Shown here: piece after piece, positions 1-25,694 of the stretch
Numbering within the stretch: position 1 is the first letter of the stretch
Layout: every line of letters begins with the position of its first letter
Assembly (NCBI RefSeq): GCF_009914755.1
Contig: NC_060940.1
DNA length: 64,000 bases
Direction: 5' to 3' (one strand)
Source: the human T2T-CHM13v2.0 reference genome, Homo sapiens
Notes under the pieces: model-generated
Told to the model about the DNA's origin: nothing
Seen by the model: only the letters and a program-made list of their open reading frames with translations
Database searches by the model: none
Made by a program: the position numbers and the translations under genes

Positions 1-73
1 ACCCCTAGTCTAATAAGCTCACATTTGAACGCGCATGGACTTCCTTCTACCTAAACTTTCGAACTTTTTTTAG

Positions 74-125
74 ACACAGGAAGTAGCAAGAAGGGAGATG
101 CCAAGTGACAATCACCAGGAAGATG
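74..125 (+). CDS. LRRC36: LRRC36 internal coding exon (TQEVARREMPSDNHQED)
   Basis: tttttttag acceptor and G|gtaaa donor. 52 nt, phase 0 to 1, joining in frame to the exon at 1787. An alternative AG at 78-79 would also keep frame. Confidence 0.8.
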
Positions 126-916
126 GTAAATATTTTGCTCACTGAGTATTTTTCCCCCACACTAATCAGAGAAGTCTGGATGTGATGGGATTTGGGAGAT
201 GAAGATGTCTCAATATGGGGGCCCTATTTAGTCAACTAATTTCTGCTTTTGTGAGGGACTGTCCTGGATGATTAGTAACCTGTGAGACTTTTCTGCTTAA
301 AGAGTGCATATTCTGACCTCCTTTGTTCTTGATTTTTTTTGCGTTGGATGACTATTCTTTTTGTTACCTTTCTTGCCTTCTTTTGTATTTATTATTTTTT
401 ATTCATCCATTTGTTTCTCTCTACTGGTTTATAAGTTATATACATTTTCTATACTTTTAGTATTATTCCCCAAATGATAATATGTATCCTTAACTTACAT
501 AATTTTTAAATTGTTAATACCTTAAGTCTTCTTTTGGATAATTCAAAAACCGTACAGTACTTTATTTCATTTACTCTTTCCTGACTTATATGTTGTTATT
601 ATGAATTTTAATTCTCTATATTTTTAAAGACTTCACAAGATATTATTTTTTATATAGTCAGTGTAGATTTAAATCTATCCATTAATTTACTACTGTTTGT
701 TCACTTCCTTTTTCTTCCCAGGCTTCCCTTCTGATATCATTTTCCTTTGCCTTACAGTGGCACATACTTTAATGTAGGTCTATTAGTGATGAGCTCTTTC
801 AGCTTTTCTTTGTGTGATAATGCCTCTATTTCACTATCATTCTTGAAGGGTATTTTAGATGGGTGTAGATTTCTAGGCAGTTCGTTCTCTCTCTCTCTTC
901 CCACTTCCTTCTCTCT

Positions 917-1531
917 TTTTTTTTAATTTTTTTTATTTTTGAGACAAGTTCTCAATCTGTTGCCCAGGCTGGAGTACAGTACAGTGGCACAATCAGAGCT
1001 CATAATAACCTCAAACTTCTGGGCTCAAGCAATCCTCCCACCTCAGCCTCCCAAGTAGTTAGGACTACCACCACACCTGGCTAATTAAAAAAATTTTTTT
1101 CGGACCAGGCACAGTGGCTCATGCCTGTAATCCCAGCATTTTGGGAGTCCGAGGCAGGTGGATCACCTGAGGTCAGGAGTTTGAGACCAGCATGGCCAAC
1201 ATGGTGAAACTCCATCTCTACAAAAAATACAAAAATTAGCCGGGCATGGTGGTGCTTGCCTATAATCTCAGCACTTTGGGAGGCCGAGGCGGGTGGATCA
1301 CTTGAGGTCAGGAGTTGGAGACCAGCCTGGCCAACACGGTGAAACCCCATCTCTACTAAAAATACAAAAGCTAGCTGGGCATGGTGGCATGTGCCTGTAA
1401 TCCCAGTTATTCGGGAGGCTGAGGTACGAGAATCGCTTCCCTCTGGGAAGCGAAGGTTGCACTGAGCTGAGATTGCGCCACTGCACTCCAGCCTGGGCGA
1501 CAGAGTGAGACCCTGTCTCAAAAAAAAAAAA
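917..1531. mobile_element. Partial AluJ (-) abutting a three-arm chimeric Alu (+, 1101-1531)
   Basis: Alu consensus motifs and poly-A/T tails. Confidence 0.9.
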
Positions 1532-1786
1532 GAAACAGAATTTGTCTCCAGAATGTTATAGATTCTTTACTGTTTACACAAAAGTCCCACATTTTATTGG
1601 TGGTGGTGGTGTTCCATGTGGAAGTCCTTTCATCACTTTATGCTACCATTGATCAGAATTATAAACCACCTCTTCCTGAGAGGTGTTTCTGGCAGACAGA
1701 GAATATGTTCAGTGAACAGAGGTACTCCCAGCTAGGCCACAAAGAATTCTTATCATGTTTTGTTTTTTTGCCTTGGTGGTGTTTAG

Positions 1787-2227
1787 AGTTCAGACACTAC
1801 TCGCCTCGTCAGTCCACAGTCCGATCCCCAGAGAAGATGACTAGAGAAGGGTACCAAGTATCTTTTTTGGACAATAAGTCTTCAGGTTCTTCTCCAGAAA
1901 AGGAATTGATACCAAAACCTGATACTTTTCATCTTACCCATGATGCCTCATTGAGTAAATGCCTGGATGTGGGTGATTCTAGCCAGATCCATCCCTATCA
2001 GTTACCTTCAGATGTTGGTCTGGAAAATTATGACAGTTGTTATTCTCAAACTCTATCCCTGCATGGAAGTCTTGGTAAAAGGCCTCAGAGAAGCAAGAAC
2101 TATCAAGAGTATAGCATAAAGCCTTCAAATGACATAAAGACCACCGCTTCACATTCCTGTGGAGACTTATTAACTTCTCTGTCAAACCCTGACTCCAGCA
2201 CTGGAAGGCTTTTGAAGCTTAGTTCAG
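1787..2227 (+). CDS. LRRC36: LRRC36 coding exon (EFRHYSPRQ...LLKLSS), Ser-rich low-complexity region
   Basis: gtttag acceptor and CAG|gtaac donor. 441 nt, phase 1 to 1, inside ORF 1597..2265. Confidence 0.92.
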
Positions 2228-2540
2228 GTAACAGCTTCCTGTCAGTTTACAGGTCTTCTTCATAGGCATGAAGATAGAAGATATAAGTGAAAATTTTGGA
2301 ATTAACCCTTCTGAAATTGTATTAGCATTTCTTAAGTTGTATTTTAGGGTCACCAGTGGTTCTTGGAACCTCGAGAAATCTGTAGGGTATGAGTTTAACA
2401 TGATATATATATTAGGGAAAATTTGTAGGAAAGTGAGCATTGCAGCTACTTGCTATTTTAGTTAAGCAGCATCCCAGGACATCTAGTCTTTACTCACAGT
2501 CACTTCTATTCTGACTTACTTTCAGAAGAAGTTAGTTTCA

Positions 2541-2840
2541 GGCTGGGCACGGTGGCTCATGCCTGTAATCCCAGCACTTTGGGAGGCTGAGCCGGGTGGA
2601 TCACGAGGTCAGGAGTTCGACACCAGCCTGGCCAACATGGTGAAACCCCGTCTCTACCAAAAATACACACACACAAAATAGCTGAGCATGGTGGCATGCG
2701 CCTGTAATCCCAGCTACTCAGGAGGCTGAGAGGCAGGAGAATTGCTTGAACCTGGGAGGCAGAGGTTGCAGTAAGCCAAGATCGGGCCACTGCACTCCAT
2801 GGGCAACAGAGCAAGACTCCATCTTGAAAACAAAAACAGA
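2541..2840 (+). mobile_element. AluS
   Basis: Full dimer with TSD cagaagttagtttcag-like on both sides. Confidence 0.93.
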
Positions 2841-2879
2841 AGTTAGTTTCAGAGTTAGTGACAGAGATCACTCTTCTGT

Positions 2880-4330
2880 TACTTATTTATTCAACCAAAC
2901 TCATTGAACACCTACAGTGTCCCAGACACTGTTCTAGCTCTGGAGATAAAGTAGCAACCAAAATAAAGTTCCATGTATATTTTACCATAATAAGAAGACA
3001 GTCCCTACTTTCATAGAGCTTACATTCTCATGGGGTAAGACACATGATAAACATTTTAGCATGCAAATATATGTCAGGTTATGGTAAATGCTGTGAAAAA
3101 ATTATATAAGGGCATAGAGCGTGATAAGGAGGAGGCGATGCTTTAGATAGAATGGTCCAGAAAGCTTCTCTGATGAGGCACCATAAAAGTAGAGACTTGA
3201 ATGAAGTGGGAGTATAAGCCATGTGGGTCTGGGAGGAGAACTTTCTAGACAGTGGGAATAAATGCAAAAGTCCTGAGGCTGGAACATACTTTTCATGTAC
3301 AAGGAACCTCAGGGAGGCCAGTGCGGCCTCAGCAAAGAAAGTAGAGTGTATAGATGAAGTAAGAAAGATGCCAGACTTTTTTCTGGGTGAGATCAGAAGG
3401 AGTTGGAGAGTTTGTAGCAAGGGAGTGATGTGATCTCACTTAAGAATTACTGTGAATGTTGGGCTGAGAATAGACTATGGGGAGGAGGGTAGAAATTTTT
3501 TTAAAATGCTTTGGAGAGATTGGAATCAGCGTAACAGATGATGATGGCTTGGGCTAGACAGATAGCGGTGGAGGTGGTGAGAAGTAGTCAGATTCTGAAT
3601 ATGTTCTGAAGATGACACTCCATGGTTTGCTGATGGATCCAGGATAAAGTGTGGGAGAAAGAGGGTCAATGGTAATTCTGTGGTTTTGAGTCTGAATAAC
3701 TAGAAGAACAGAGCTTTCATTTACTAAGATGGAAAAGAATGGGAGGTAGAGATTTTAAGATAAATATCAAGAGTTGGGTTTTGGACATCTTAAGTTTCAG
3801 GTGCCTTATTAAAACTTTCCAGAGATGCCAATTTGGTAATTGGACATACTAGTCCAGAGTTTAGGGAAGAAGGTATGGCTGGAAATATAAATTTGGAGAT
3901 TATAAGTGTATGGGTGACAGTAAAACTCTGAGACTGGATGAAATCTCACCAAAAGAGTGAATATAGATAGAAAAGAGATCTGAGGACTGGTCCTGAGCCC
4001 TCCAACAATTAGAAGTAGATAAAGAGAAACCATCATGGAGAGTGAGAAAGCAGCAGCCAGTAAGATAGAGGGGAAAAAGCCAAGAGGAAGTAATATCCTG
4101 GAAGCCAAGTGAAGAATGTGTTTCAAGAAGGAGGGAGTGATCAATGCTAGGTCAAATGCTTCTCCTGATAGGGAGGGAGGGAGCCTGGGACTGAGAAGTG
4201 ATTATGGTATTTGGCAATGAAGAAGACATTAATGAACAGCTTCAGGGGATGCATGAGAATGAAAGCCTCACTGAGGTGAATTCAAGAAAAAAATTGGAAG
4301 CAAGGCAGTAAAGTTACTGAATATAGACAA
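2880..4330 (-). mobile_element. Degraded L2 LINE fragments
   Basis: L2 3'-end-like atttattcaaccaaactcattgaacacctac...ccagacactgttctag and a purine-rich L2 body. Boundaries approximate. Confidence 0.6.
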
Positions 4331-4334
4331 CCCT

Positions 4335-4695
4335 TGTATTAGTCTGTTCTCACACTGCTAATAAAGACATACCCAAGACAGGGTAATTTATAAAGGAAAG
4401 AGGTTTAATTGACTCACAGTTCCACATGGCTGGGGAGGCCTCACAATCATGGTGGAAGGTGAATGAGGAGCAAAGTCACGTCTTACATGGTGGCAGGCAA
4501 GAGAGCTTGTGTAGGGGAACTCCCCTTTATAAAACCATCAGATCTCGTGAGACTTACTATCACCAAGAACAGCATGGGAAAGACCCGCCCCCATAATTCA
4601 GTTACTTCCCACCAGGTCCCTCCCATGTCATGTGGGAATTATGGGAGCTACAATTCAAGATGAGATTTGGGTGGGGACACAGCCAACCCATATCA
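4335..4695 (-). mobile_element. THE1/MST-family (ERVL-MaLR) solo LTR
   Basis: TG...CA termini, characteristic tgtattagtctgttctcacactgct...gggtggggacacagccaa, 5-bp TSD accct/acccc. Confidence 0.9.
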
Positions 4696-5119
4696 ACCCC
4701 TTCAAGGAGTTTTGCAGTAAAGGGAAGCAGAGAAATGGAACTAGCTGGAGAAGGGATGGGGTCAAGGAGATCCTGGTAGAAGTGATCTAGTAGAGGGAAA
4801 ACTGATGATGCCAGGGAGAAAAGGGACCGTTACAAGAAAATGGAATCCAGTCCACCAGTGGAGAGGCTGGTTTTAAATAAAAGCACAGATAGTTCATCTA
4901 TTGTAATAAGAAGGAAGGCAGAGAATTTATTAATACAGATACAGGAGAGTTGGTAGATTTGATGGTGTGATCATGTAGATGTTTTCTTTGATTGCCTCTC
5001 AGGGAAATAAAGGAGGTTGGCACCTGGGTGTAAGGAGGGAAGAGAAGGTGTTGGAAGTTTGAAGAGAGATGTGAAATATTTGTCTCAGAGAATAGAAGAG
5101 TAAATTGGCCAGAGTATTA

Positions 5120-7990
<2,871 letters not shown>

Positions 7991-8194
7991 ATGTTAAAAT
8001 TTCAATATGCTTTTCTAGACGATCTTAAAAGCTCCTTTTTTTCTGTTAGACATTATTTTTCTCTTTATGGAAAGCTTTAAAAGAGCTGCTTGAATATAAA
8101 TAAAAAAGAAATATACTTTTTAATTTCTGAAAGGTGTAAGTCAGAAAATTTCCAAGAAGAGCATTTTTTACATTTTTTTTTTAAAGCCGGGCAT

Positions 8195-10255
<2,061 letters not shown>

Positions 10256-10732
10256 TTAGCTCTCTTCACTTGCAAGGAAAGTTGTTCTCATGATCACATC
10301 CTGAAACATCTCAGAAACATCATAGTTAACAAATCTACATTTTTCTCATATTCTACATTATTTTTTAAAAGCAGCACCTCTTCTAATTATTTTATAATGA
10401 TTGTTTTGTTCCTCCTGTAAATATTTGCTAGTCTTTGGTAATATATAGAGTAACCAGATATGTAAATTAGTGACTATATTAATTTTTTTAAAGATTTTGT
10501 GATCCTTGGGAAAGTGCCAATAATGAATACAACAGAAATTGGGTTTGATCATCAGAGTTTTGAGATGACTGTTAGAATGTTATGATTTGAAAATCTCGAA
10601 TGAGTAAATGACCTGGACTCCCTTTAGGGGTTCGTTCTTTAGAAACATGGGAGAAAACAGTTTTGCAAATGTTGGCTTCATGCATTTATTTGTTGTTATT
10701 TTCTTTTTGATCCTTAACATGTTTGTTGGCTA

Positions 10733-11137
<405 letters not shown>

Positions 11138-11496
11138 TTAAAAAAACTTTTTAAAAAATATCTAAAGGGACATACAGAAGAAGAAATCCTAACACAGTTA
11201 TTTTCCTTCTCATGTTGACCTATTGCTCCCATTTTGTAGGAAATTATCCCCAGGGCCACTAATCAATGACTAAGGAATTATGCACTCACAAGGGGCTGCT
11301 GTTGTTTCTCCATAGAGGATGTAGGATATAATTTCTTGTCCTCTTAAAAACACCTCTTTCTGCCACTTACTAAGTTCTGGTAAAAAGGAGATAATACATT
11401 AGCCTATTTGATCCAGAGAGCTGGTAGTTACTGACTAGGAATGCTGTGCCTTAGCTTTTAAGATTGGCCTGTGTGCCCATCCTGAATTTTTGGCAG

Positions 11497-11642
11497 GTCC
11501 TGCCCGAGATTTGCTTCTGTCTTTGGTAGTCCCGGCTCCTTCTCAGCCGAGGTGTTGCTCACATCCTGAAGACACGATGAAAGCATTCTGCAGGAGGGAG
11601 CTTGAACTGAAGGAGGCTGCGCAGCTGGTCCCTAATGACATG
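11497..11642 (+). CDS. LRRC36: LRRC36 coding exon (GPARDLLL...VPNDM)
   Basis: tttttggcag acceptor and ATG|gtatgc donor. 146 nt, phase 1 to 0. Confidence 0.9.
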
Positions 11643-12089
11643 GTATGCCCCTCTCATCTCCCTTTAGAAAAGGACAGAGCAGCAGAACTACAACATCTCT
11701 GCCTTAATGATCAGCATCACCGTGAACACCTAACCAAAATATGGCAAAAGTCTGGGCACAGCAGGAATACAAAACTTGCTAGGACAGGGACAACTTGGAA
11801 GTTCTGCAGGGATGACTCCCTCATCCTAACCCTAATCCAAAAATTCTAAAGAAAGACTTGAAATAAGAAGAAACAAACAAAAATTCCAAAAAATAGCTCT
11901 AGAGTGGAAATGTTTAGGATAATGTTCTTGAAGGTTATGGTTTCACCCCAGCAAATGTATCTGGGATTGTCTTTCCTCCCTTCTAAGCGAGCTGAGAGCC
12001 CTGAACCAGGGGCTAAGGGCCATTCTAGAGCATCAGCCTGCTGGCTCTAGGAAAGGAAGAAGCAACTCATATCCCCATGCTTTGTTCCC

Positions 12090-13325
<1,236 letters not shown>

Positions 13326-13358
13326 TAATGTATTTGTATTTTGTTTTCTAATCTAAAG

Positions 13359-13482
13359 GAAAGTTTGAAGCAAAAACTGGTCAGAGTGCTGGAGGAAAAC
13401 CTCATTTTGTCAGAAAAAATTCAACAGTTGGAGGAAGGTGCTGCCATCTCAATTGTGAGTGGGCAACAGTCACATACTTATG
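13359..13482 (+). CDS. LRRC36: LRRC36 coding exon, coiled coil (ESLKQKLVRVLEENLILSEKIQQLEEG...)
   Basis: ctaatctaaag acceptor and G|gtaagt donor. 124 nt, phase 0 to 1. Heptad pattern of leucines. Confidence 0.9.
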
Positions 13483-13907
13483 GTAAGTTGAGGAAAGCCA
13501 TGATATATGAGGCCTCTCAAGACAACTGTTTGTTTATAGATGACCCATTTAGTAACCTTCATCATGCTAGCTCACGTGGCTGCCTTTGGCCTACTTGGTC
13601 ATCAGTTTTCCTGGCAGTTAACAGAAACAATCATCTTGCCTCAGAGAATTGTAATGCAGGTGGCTTGAGTTACCAGATGAAGCTCTTGTCAGTGGAAAGC
13701 ATGTACAAATGTTGTTACTATTGCCATTAATTTTGAGAATGACACATGCTTTTGTGATTATAACACCAAGAACATGTTCTTTATACAAAGTTTGGAAAAT
13801 ACAAGGAAAATATAACCCCATGATCCAGCAATAACTTCCATTAGTGTTTTTGGTATATTTTCTTCTACCATACCTCTCTATATTTTTAACTCCAAATTTA
13901 CAATTGT

Positions 13908-14560
<653 letters not shown>

Positions 14561-15559
14561 TCAAAATACAGAACATTTCTAGAAAGTTTCTTCATACCTT
14601 CGTGTAGTCAGTTTCCCCTACTCTTGACCTCAAGTAATCACAGACCTGATTTCTACATCCTAATGTTATTAATTTCATAGTGTAGGCATTTCTACAGTAT
14701 CACAAGAATATACCATATTTATCTATTTTGTCCTCTATATAGTTGTTTTTATAATGGTTATATAATATTTAGAATAAAATGATTTTAAATTATTTCTAAA
14801 CATTCAAAAGAAAGACCTGAAGTGAAGGAAAAGACCCTAGAATCAAATGCTTTTCTGAGATTAACCTTCTTCCCTTTTGATGGAGCTGAGAGTCCTAATA
14901 TTTAATATTTATACTATTATAAATAATGCTGCTATTAATGTCTATGTACAGAAATCTTTGTGTACATTTCAGACTATTTTCCTAGGAGACAGTCCTAGAA
15001 GTAGAATTAGTGAGTCAAAGGATGGGATATTTTTGAGGCTTTTGTTACATAAATCACTCCCAAGAAAATTGTTTCAGTTTACTCCCACCTCAGCAGTGTA
15101 CTTGAATGCCCCTTTCACTCCCCTCTGCCAACACTGGGCATTTTTTCAAATTTTGCCATTGTGATAAGTGAAAAATAATATCCTTTTTAAATCTTGATTG
15201 TACTACTTTATTATCAGCATAGTTTAGGCCAGTATGTTAGATAAAGTTTGCGCTTGACAGACTAGCTTAGCACCCCTAAGCAAATTATGGGTACATGGAT
15301 TTATACAAGGAACTTGATTTCAAAGTTCTGATGTGGAAGCACTGAATTTCCATTGTTAAATCTCAGCACTAAATAAATAAATAATTCTCAGCACTATCTG
15401 ATACTCACAGGCCCGAATAATCAAGATATCAGTCTCCACTTACCTACTTTGAAATTAAAAGTAGGTATTTGTCCACTAGATACTTACTTTCATTCAGCCA
15501 GGAGGCCCAGTATAGTATTTTGGCTTACTGGTGATAAATAAGCTTTTGCAGCCTTGTTT

Positions 15560-16686
<1,127 letters not shown>

Positions 16687-16902
16687 CACGTGCAATATTA
16701 AGTGGCTGAATTTTAACTCATATCTGTTGCCAAACCCTGTATTCTTGCCACCATATCTCCTATCTCCAAGTAAGGCAATGGAGTGTGAAGTTGGGTGCCA
16801 TGGGGCCCCCAGTTCTCAAGATGTCCATCTGAATACTTATATTCTGCTCAAAGACTAGCAGCTTGGAATCCTTTTCACCCCTGGCTACTGTGCCCTTTGT
16901 AG

Positions 16903-17017
16903 ATGATCTTCTGCACAAAAACCAACAGCTGACCATGCAGGTGGCTTGCCTGAACCAGGAGCTTGCCCAGCTGAAAAAGCTGGAGAAGACAGTTGCCATT
17001 CTCCATGAAAGTCAGAG
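16903..17017 (+). CDS. LRRC36: LRRC36 coding exon, coiled coil (DDLLHKNQQLTMQVACLNQELAQLKKLEKTVAILHESQ)
   Basis: ccctttgtag acceptor and AG|gtagga donor. 115 nt, phase 1 to 2. Confidence 0.9.
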
Positions 17018-17471
17018 GTAGGAGAGGGTCTATCTAGCTTGCTTCTAGAAGCAGATATTTACTCCTTTTATCTCCTTTGTTTTGCTTGGAAAGTTAATAT
17101 CTATGCACTTTGCAAGTGAACTCCATTCTGTGTGTAAACCTCCTGTATCTGGCCAGTTAGCTCAGGGATTATAAAAATTACTGCTTCCCAGGACACATCA
17201 GGGACTAATCGTCTTTGTTGGCATTGGTGGGTTGCAACACCTCGATAATTAGCTTCTCACTGGATCTGATGGGACCTTTGTTTGGGTCAGCTAACTTTTT
17301 TGGGAGGTCAGTACATACCCCTAAAGTCGGCCATCTGGCTCCTCTGGAAAGTGCCTGCTATTGGTCACGAAAGACATCAAGAGCACTTGGCAGGGAGTGA
17401 TAAAGAACTCAAAGTGCGTTGTTTCCTTCAGAGGAGCTCAACAGCATCAGTCCTTAAAGAACAGCACCCCC

Positions 17472-17867
17472 GGCTGGGTGTGGTGGCTCACGCCTGTAAT
17501 CCCAGCACTTTGGGAGGCCGAGGCAGGTGGATCACGAGGTCAAGAGATCGAGACCATCCTGGCCAACGTGGTGAAACTCCGTCTCTACTAAAAATAAAAA
17601 AATTAGCTGGGAGCTTGCTAAACAAGTGGGGCCTCACCTCAGACCTACTGCATTAAAATCTACTTTTAGCAAGATCCCCAGGTGATTTGTAAGCATATTA
17701 AAGTTTAAGGCGCGTGCCTGTAGTCCCAGTTACTGGGGAGACTGAGACAGGAGGATCACTTGATCTTGGGAGGCGGAGATAGCAGCAAGCCGAGATCGCG
17801 CCATTGCTCTCCAGCCTGTCAACAGAGCGAGGCTCCGTCTCAAAAAAAAAAAAAAAAAAAAAAAAAA
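17472..17867 (+). mobile_element. Alu carrying a 105-bp foreign segment at 17607-17711
   Basis: Left arm, linker, insert, right arm, poly-A. Confidence 0.92.
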
Positions 17868-18167
17868 GCAACCCCAGGATACAGGCAAGGCAAAAAAAAT
17901 CAGAAGAGACTTCAAGACTATGGCTACATTTAGAGAAGCCCTTGAGATTTTGGCTTGCCGATAATACACATTTACGAGGACTTTCACTGCAGTTTAAATA
18001 TAAGCACTCCATCCCCAAACCTTCAAGCCTTCTACTTCACTTCCTGATTTTCATTTGGTTAACTTTATATTCAGAGGATTAGACCCAGAACCATTCTGGA
18101 TTTGTCTGAAAAGCTTTTCATTATAATTATTTCAAACATTACAAAAGTAAAGAGGATAGCATAATAC

Positions 18168-18350
18168 AGTTCTCAAACTTGGGTATGCCTCCAAATTAAC
18201 TCGAAGGACGTGTTGAAATGCAGATTGCTGGGCCTCATCCCACAGTTTCTGAGTCAGCAGGTCTGGGTTGGGAACTGAACATCTGCATTTCTAATTAGCT
18301 TCTGGGTGATGCTATTGCTACTGGTCTGGGGACCACACTTTGAAAACATT
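18168..18350. mobile_element. MER5A-like DNA transposon
   Basis: cagttctcaaactt...aaatgcagattgctgggcc...gtttctgagtcagcaggtctggg...ggaccacactttgaaaa. Confidence 0.8.
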
Positions 18351-18913
18351 AGGATATATTGCTTTAGTGACGTACAGTCAAAATACTCTCTTTTAAATTA
18401 ACCAGAAATAATCCTTCTGAAACCATACAGGTTCATTTGTTTTATTTTGCCCTTGATTCTTAGGGAATTTTAAAAATAATTTTGATTTAATCTTGTTTTC
18501 ATAATTATGTAAAACATTTACACAGTCCCAATGTCAACTCTATGAAATAAGATAAATCCAGAAAAATCCAGCTTCCTTTCCTGTCTTTGCTGTCCTTTCC
18601 TTCCCTCCCACCATCCTTCTATTGTAGGTGTGGGTGTATATTTGTATTCCCTAATTATTACATAAGAAGACTCAGTGTTGCTTTAACATTTCATCTTGAA
18701 AATGCATTCATAGTGGTGTATAGAGTTAGTTCTCATTCCTTTTTCTAGCTGCATAGTGCTCAGTTGTGTGGATGATATACCACTTATTTAATTAGTCTTC
18801 TATTGATGGACATTTAGTTTAACATATTTTGCCATTAAAAATAGTGCTATAATGAATAGTATCGTGCATACATTTTTTTCTTTTTGCCAGTGTGTGGATG
18901 GCTTTTAACATTA

Positions 18914-24110
<5,197 letters not shown>

Positions 24111-24596
24111 GATGAGCTACTCTCTAAGGTTCTGCCTGGCCCTGCGTTTTCTGTATTCTGAGCCAGAACCCAAAATGACTTGCCTCGGTAGCCCCTGTTC
24201 GCAGACTGAAAGCTGATGCCTGGCTCTGGGGCCTCTGCCAATGCTTGGCCCAGGCTGAGTCGGCTGTTTCATCCCTCCTACTGCTGTGAAAGTGGAGAGG
24301 GGGCCAACTCTCCAAACCCAAGGCACTGGTCACAGGAAGGCAAGCTTTGATGTCAGGACTCCCGTCAGGCCCAGCTAAAAGGCTTTGGACTTCCCCAGGA
24401 GTCTCCTCAGACAGAATGGCTCTGTGCTAACAGAAGGGGACTCATGAGTGCCTTTTTCTGGGCAAGGCTGCCAGGGGAAGGGGAGTGATTAGCAGTGTGT
24501 GGCATGCAGCGGGGTGATGACACTGAGGGGGTCACTGGAGTGTGAATGTCATTCCCCCATCATCGTCAACCAGGCCATATTGGTACAAAAGGTGTC

Positions 24597-24602
24597 TTTA
24601 TT
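24597..24602 (-). terminator. TPPP3: TPPP3 polyadenylation signal AATAAA
   Basis: tttatt on the + strand, about 345 nt downstream of the TPPP3 stop codon. Confidence 0.85.
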
Positions 24603-24944
24603 GAGGTCTGGGTTAAAATTAGGCACTTGGCCAGAGCAGCAGCTTAAATATGAGGCAAGCAGTCAGGGGTTAGCCATGCCTGGGGCTGGGTTGGGGTCAT
24701 GAGGCTACAGGCACAGACTGTCCCCAGGTGGACAGAAGTTGGAGCAGGAAGAGGAGGAGGAAGGGGCCGCAGAGCAGCCTGGGTCAGAGGCCTGGTGGGC
24801 CAGCCCAGTGGGACTAGGCAGGAAGCTCTGGGTGGCAGGTCCAGCAGGGAGGGGACCAGGATCTCTTGCTCCACGTGCCCCTTAGACCCAGGCCTGAGCC
24901 TCTGGCAGGGGCAGCCGCACTTGGCAGGGCGGTCTTCCCAAGCC

Positions 24945-25133
24945 TCACTTCTTCACCTTGGCATCGTAGGTGCCTGCATTCTTGTAGGCGCTCACGTAGC
25001 CACTGTCGTCCAGGATGTCCTGCCGTCCCGCAATGCCCTTGCCCTTGCCGCTCTCATCGAAGCGCTCCTTGTGGGAGCCCGTGTATCTGCTGGTGTCCGT
25101 CAGCCGGTCTACAGCACCCCCTGTTTTTGCTTT
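24945..25133 (-). CDS. TPPP3: TPPP3 last coding exon ([26 protein letters not shown]...KVKK*)
   Basis: p25alpha-family motifs [15 protein letters not shown] and GKGKGxxGR; caaacag acceptor; TGA at 24945-24947. Confidence 0.97.
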   Translation of the reverse strand, partial: KAKTGGAVDRLTDTSRYTGSHKERFDESGKGKGIAGRQDILDDSGYVSAYKNAGTYDAKVKK

Positions 25134-25249
25134 CTGTTTGGACAGAGTTTCCCCAGGGGCACCTGATGAGGGAGCCCAGCCCTTCCCACCCACAGCCACG
25201 ATTCCCCACACCCCATTCCGTGGCCACCCGAGACCAGCAGGGCACTTAC

Positions 25250-25403
25250 AGTGACGCCCACATTGGCTGGCTCTTTGCCTGCCACCAGCTGGCAGATGGC
25301 ATCGAAGGCCTCCTCCTTGCTCTTCCCCTTGAATCTCTTGGTCGCCAGCTCTTCCAGGGCCTTCTTGAACTCCTCATAGTTGATGACCCGAGCAGACTTC
25401 CCC
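25250..25403 (-). CDS. TPPP3: TPPP3 coding exon 2 ([20 protein letters not shown]...NVGVT)
   Basis: ctgtcag acceptor and ACT|gtaagt donor. 154 nt, phase 2 to 0. Confidence 0.97.
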
Positions 25404-25452
25404 CTGACAGGCATGTGGGCACCATGAGGGTTCCCCTTTCTTTTTTCTCCCC

Positions 25453-25610
25453 CAGGGGAAAGCTCAAACACATTTGCTGCCACCACAAATTATGCAATTG
25501 CGTTTCTTTCCCACGTTTGGGGAAGTCGCAGGGGTCAGCAACTCTGGAGGGCAATAGATATAAGGTTTGCCCTGGAAGAACGACCTTCGTGATCATGGTG
25601 TTTCCCTGAC
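25453..25610 (-). pseudogene. U1 snRNA retro-pseudogene, 5'-truncated by about 10 nt (possibly the annotated RNU1-123P; name recalled, not verified)
   Basis: The minus strand reads CAGGGAAACACCATGATCACGAAGGTCGTTCTTCCAGGGC...GCTGACCCCTGCGACTTCCCCAAACGTGGGAAA...TGCATAATTTGTGGT...GCTTTCCCCTG, colinear with U1. It has an A-rich tail and TSD-like flanks AAGAAGGGG / AAGAAAGGGG. Confidence 0.93.
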
Positions 25611-25694
25611 CCCTTCTTGATGTCCTCCCTGGTTCCAGCCCCCCAGTTCCCCACCTCCTGGGAACATGAGAAGCAGGGGCTGCTTAGGGCTCAC

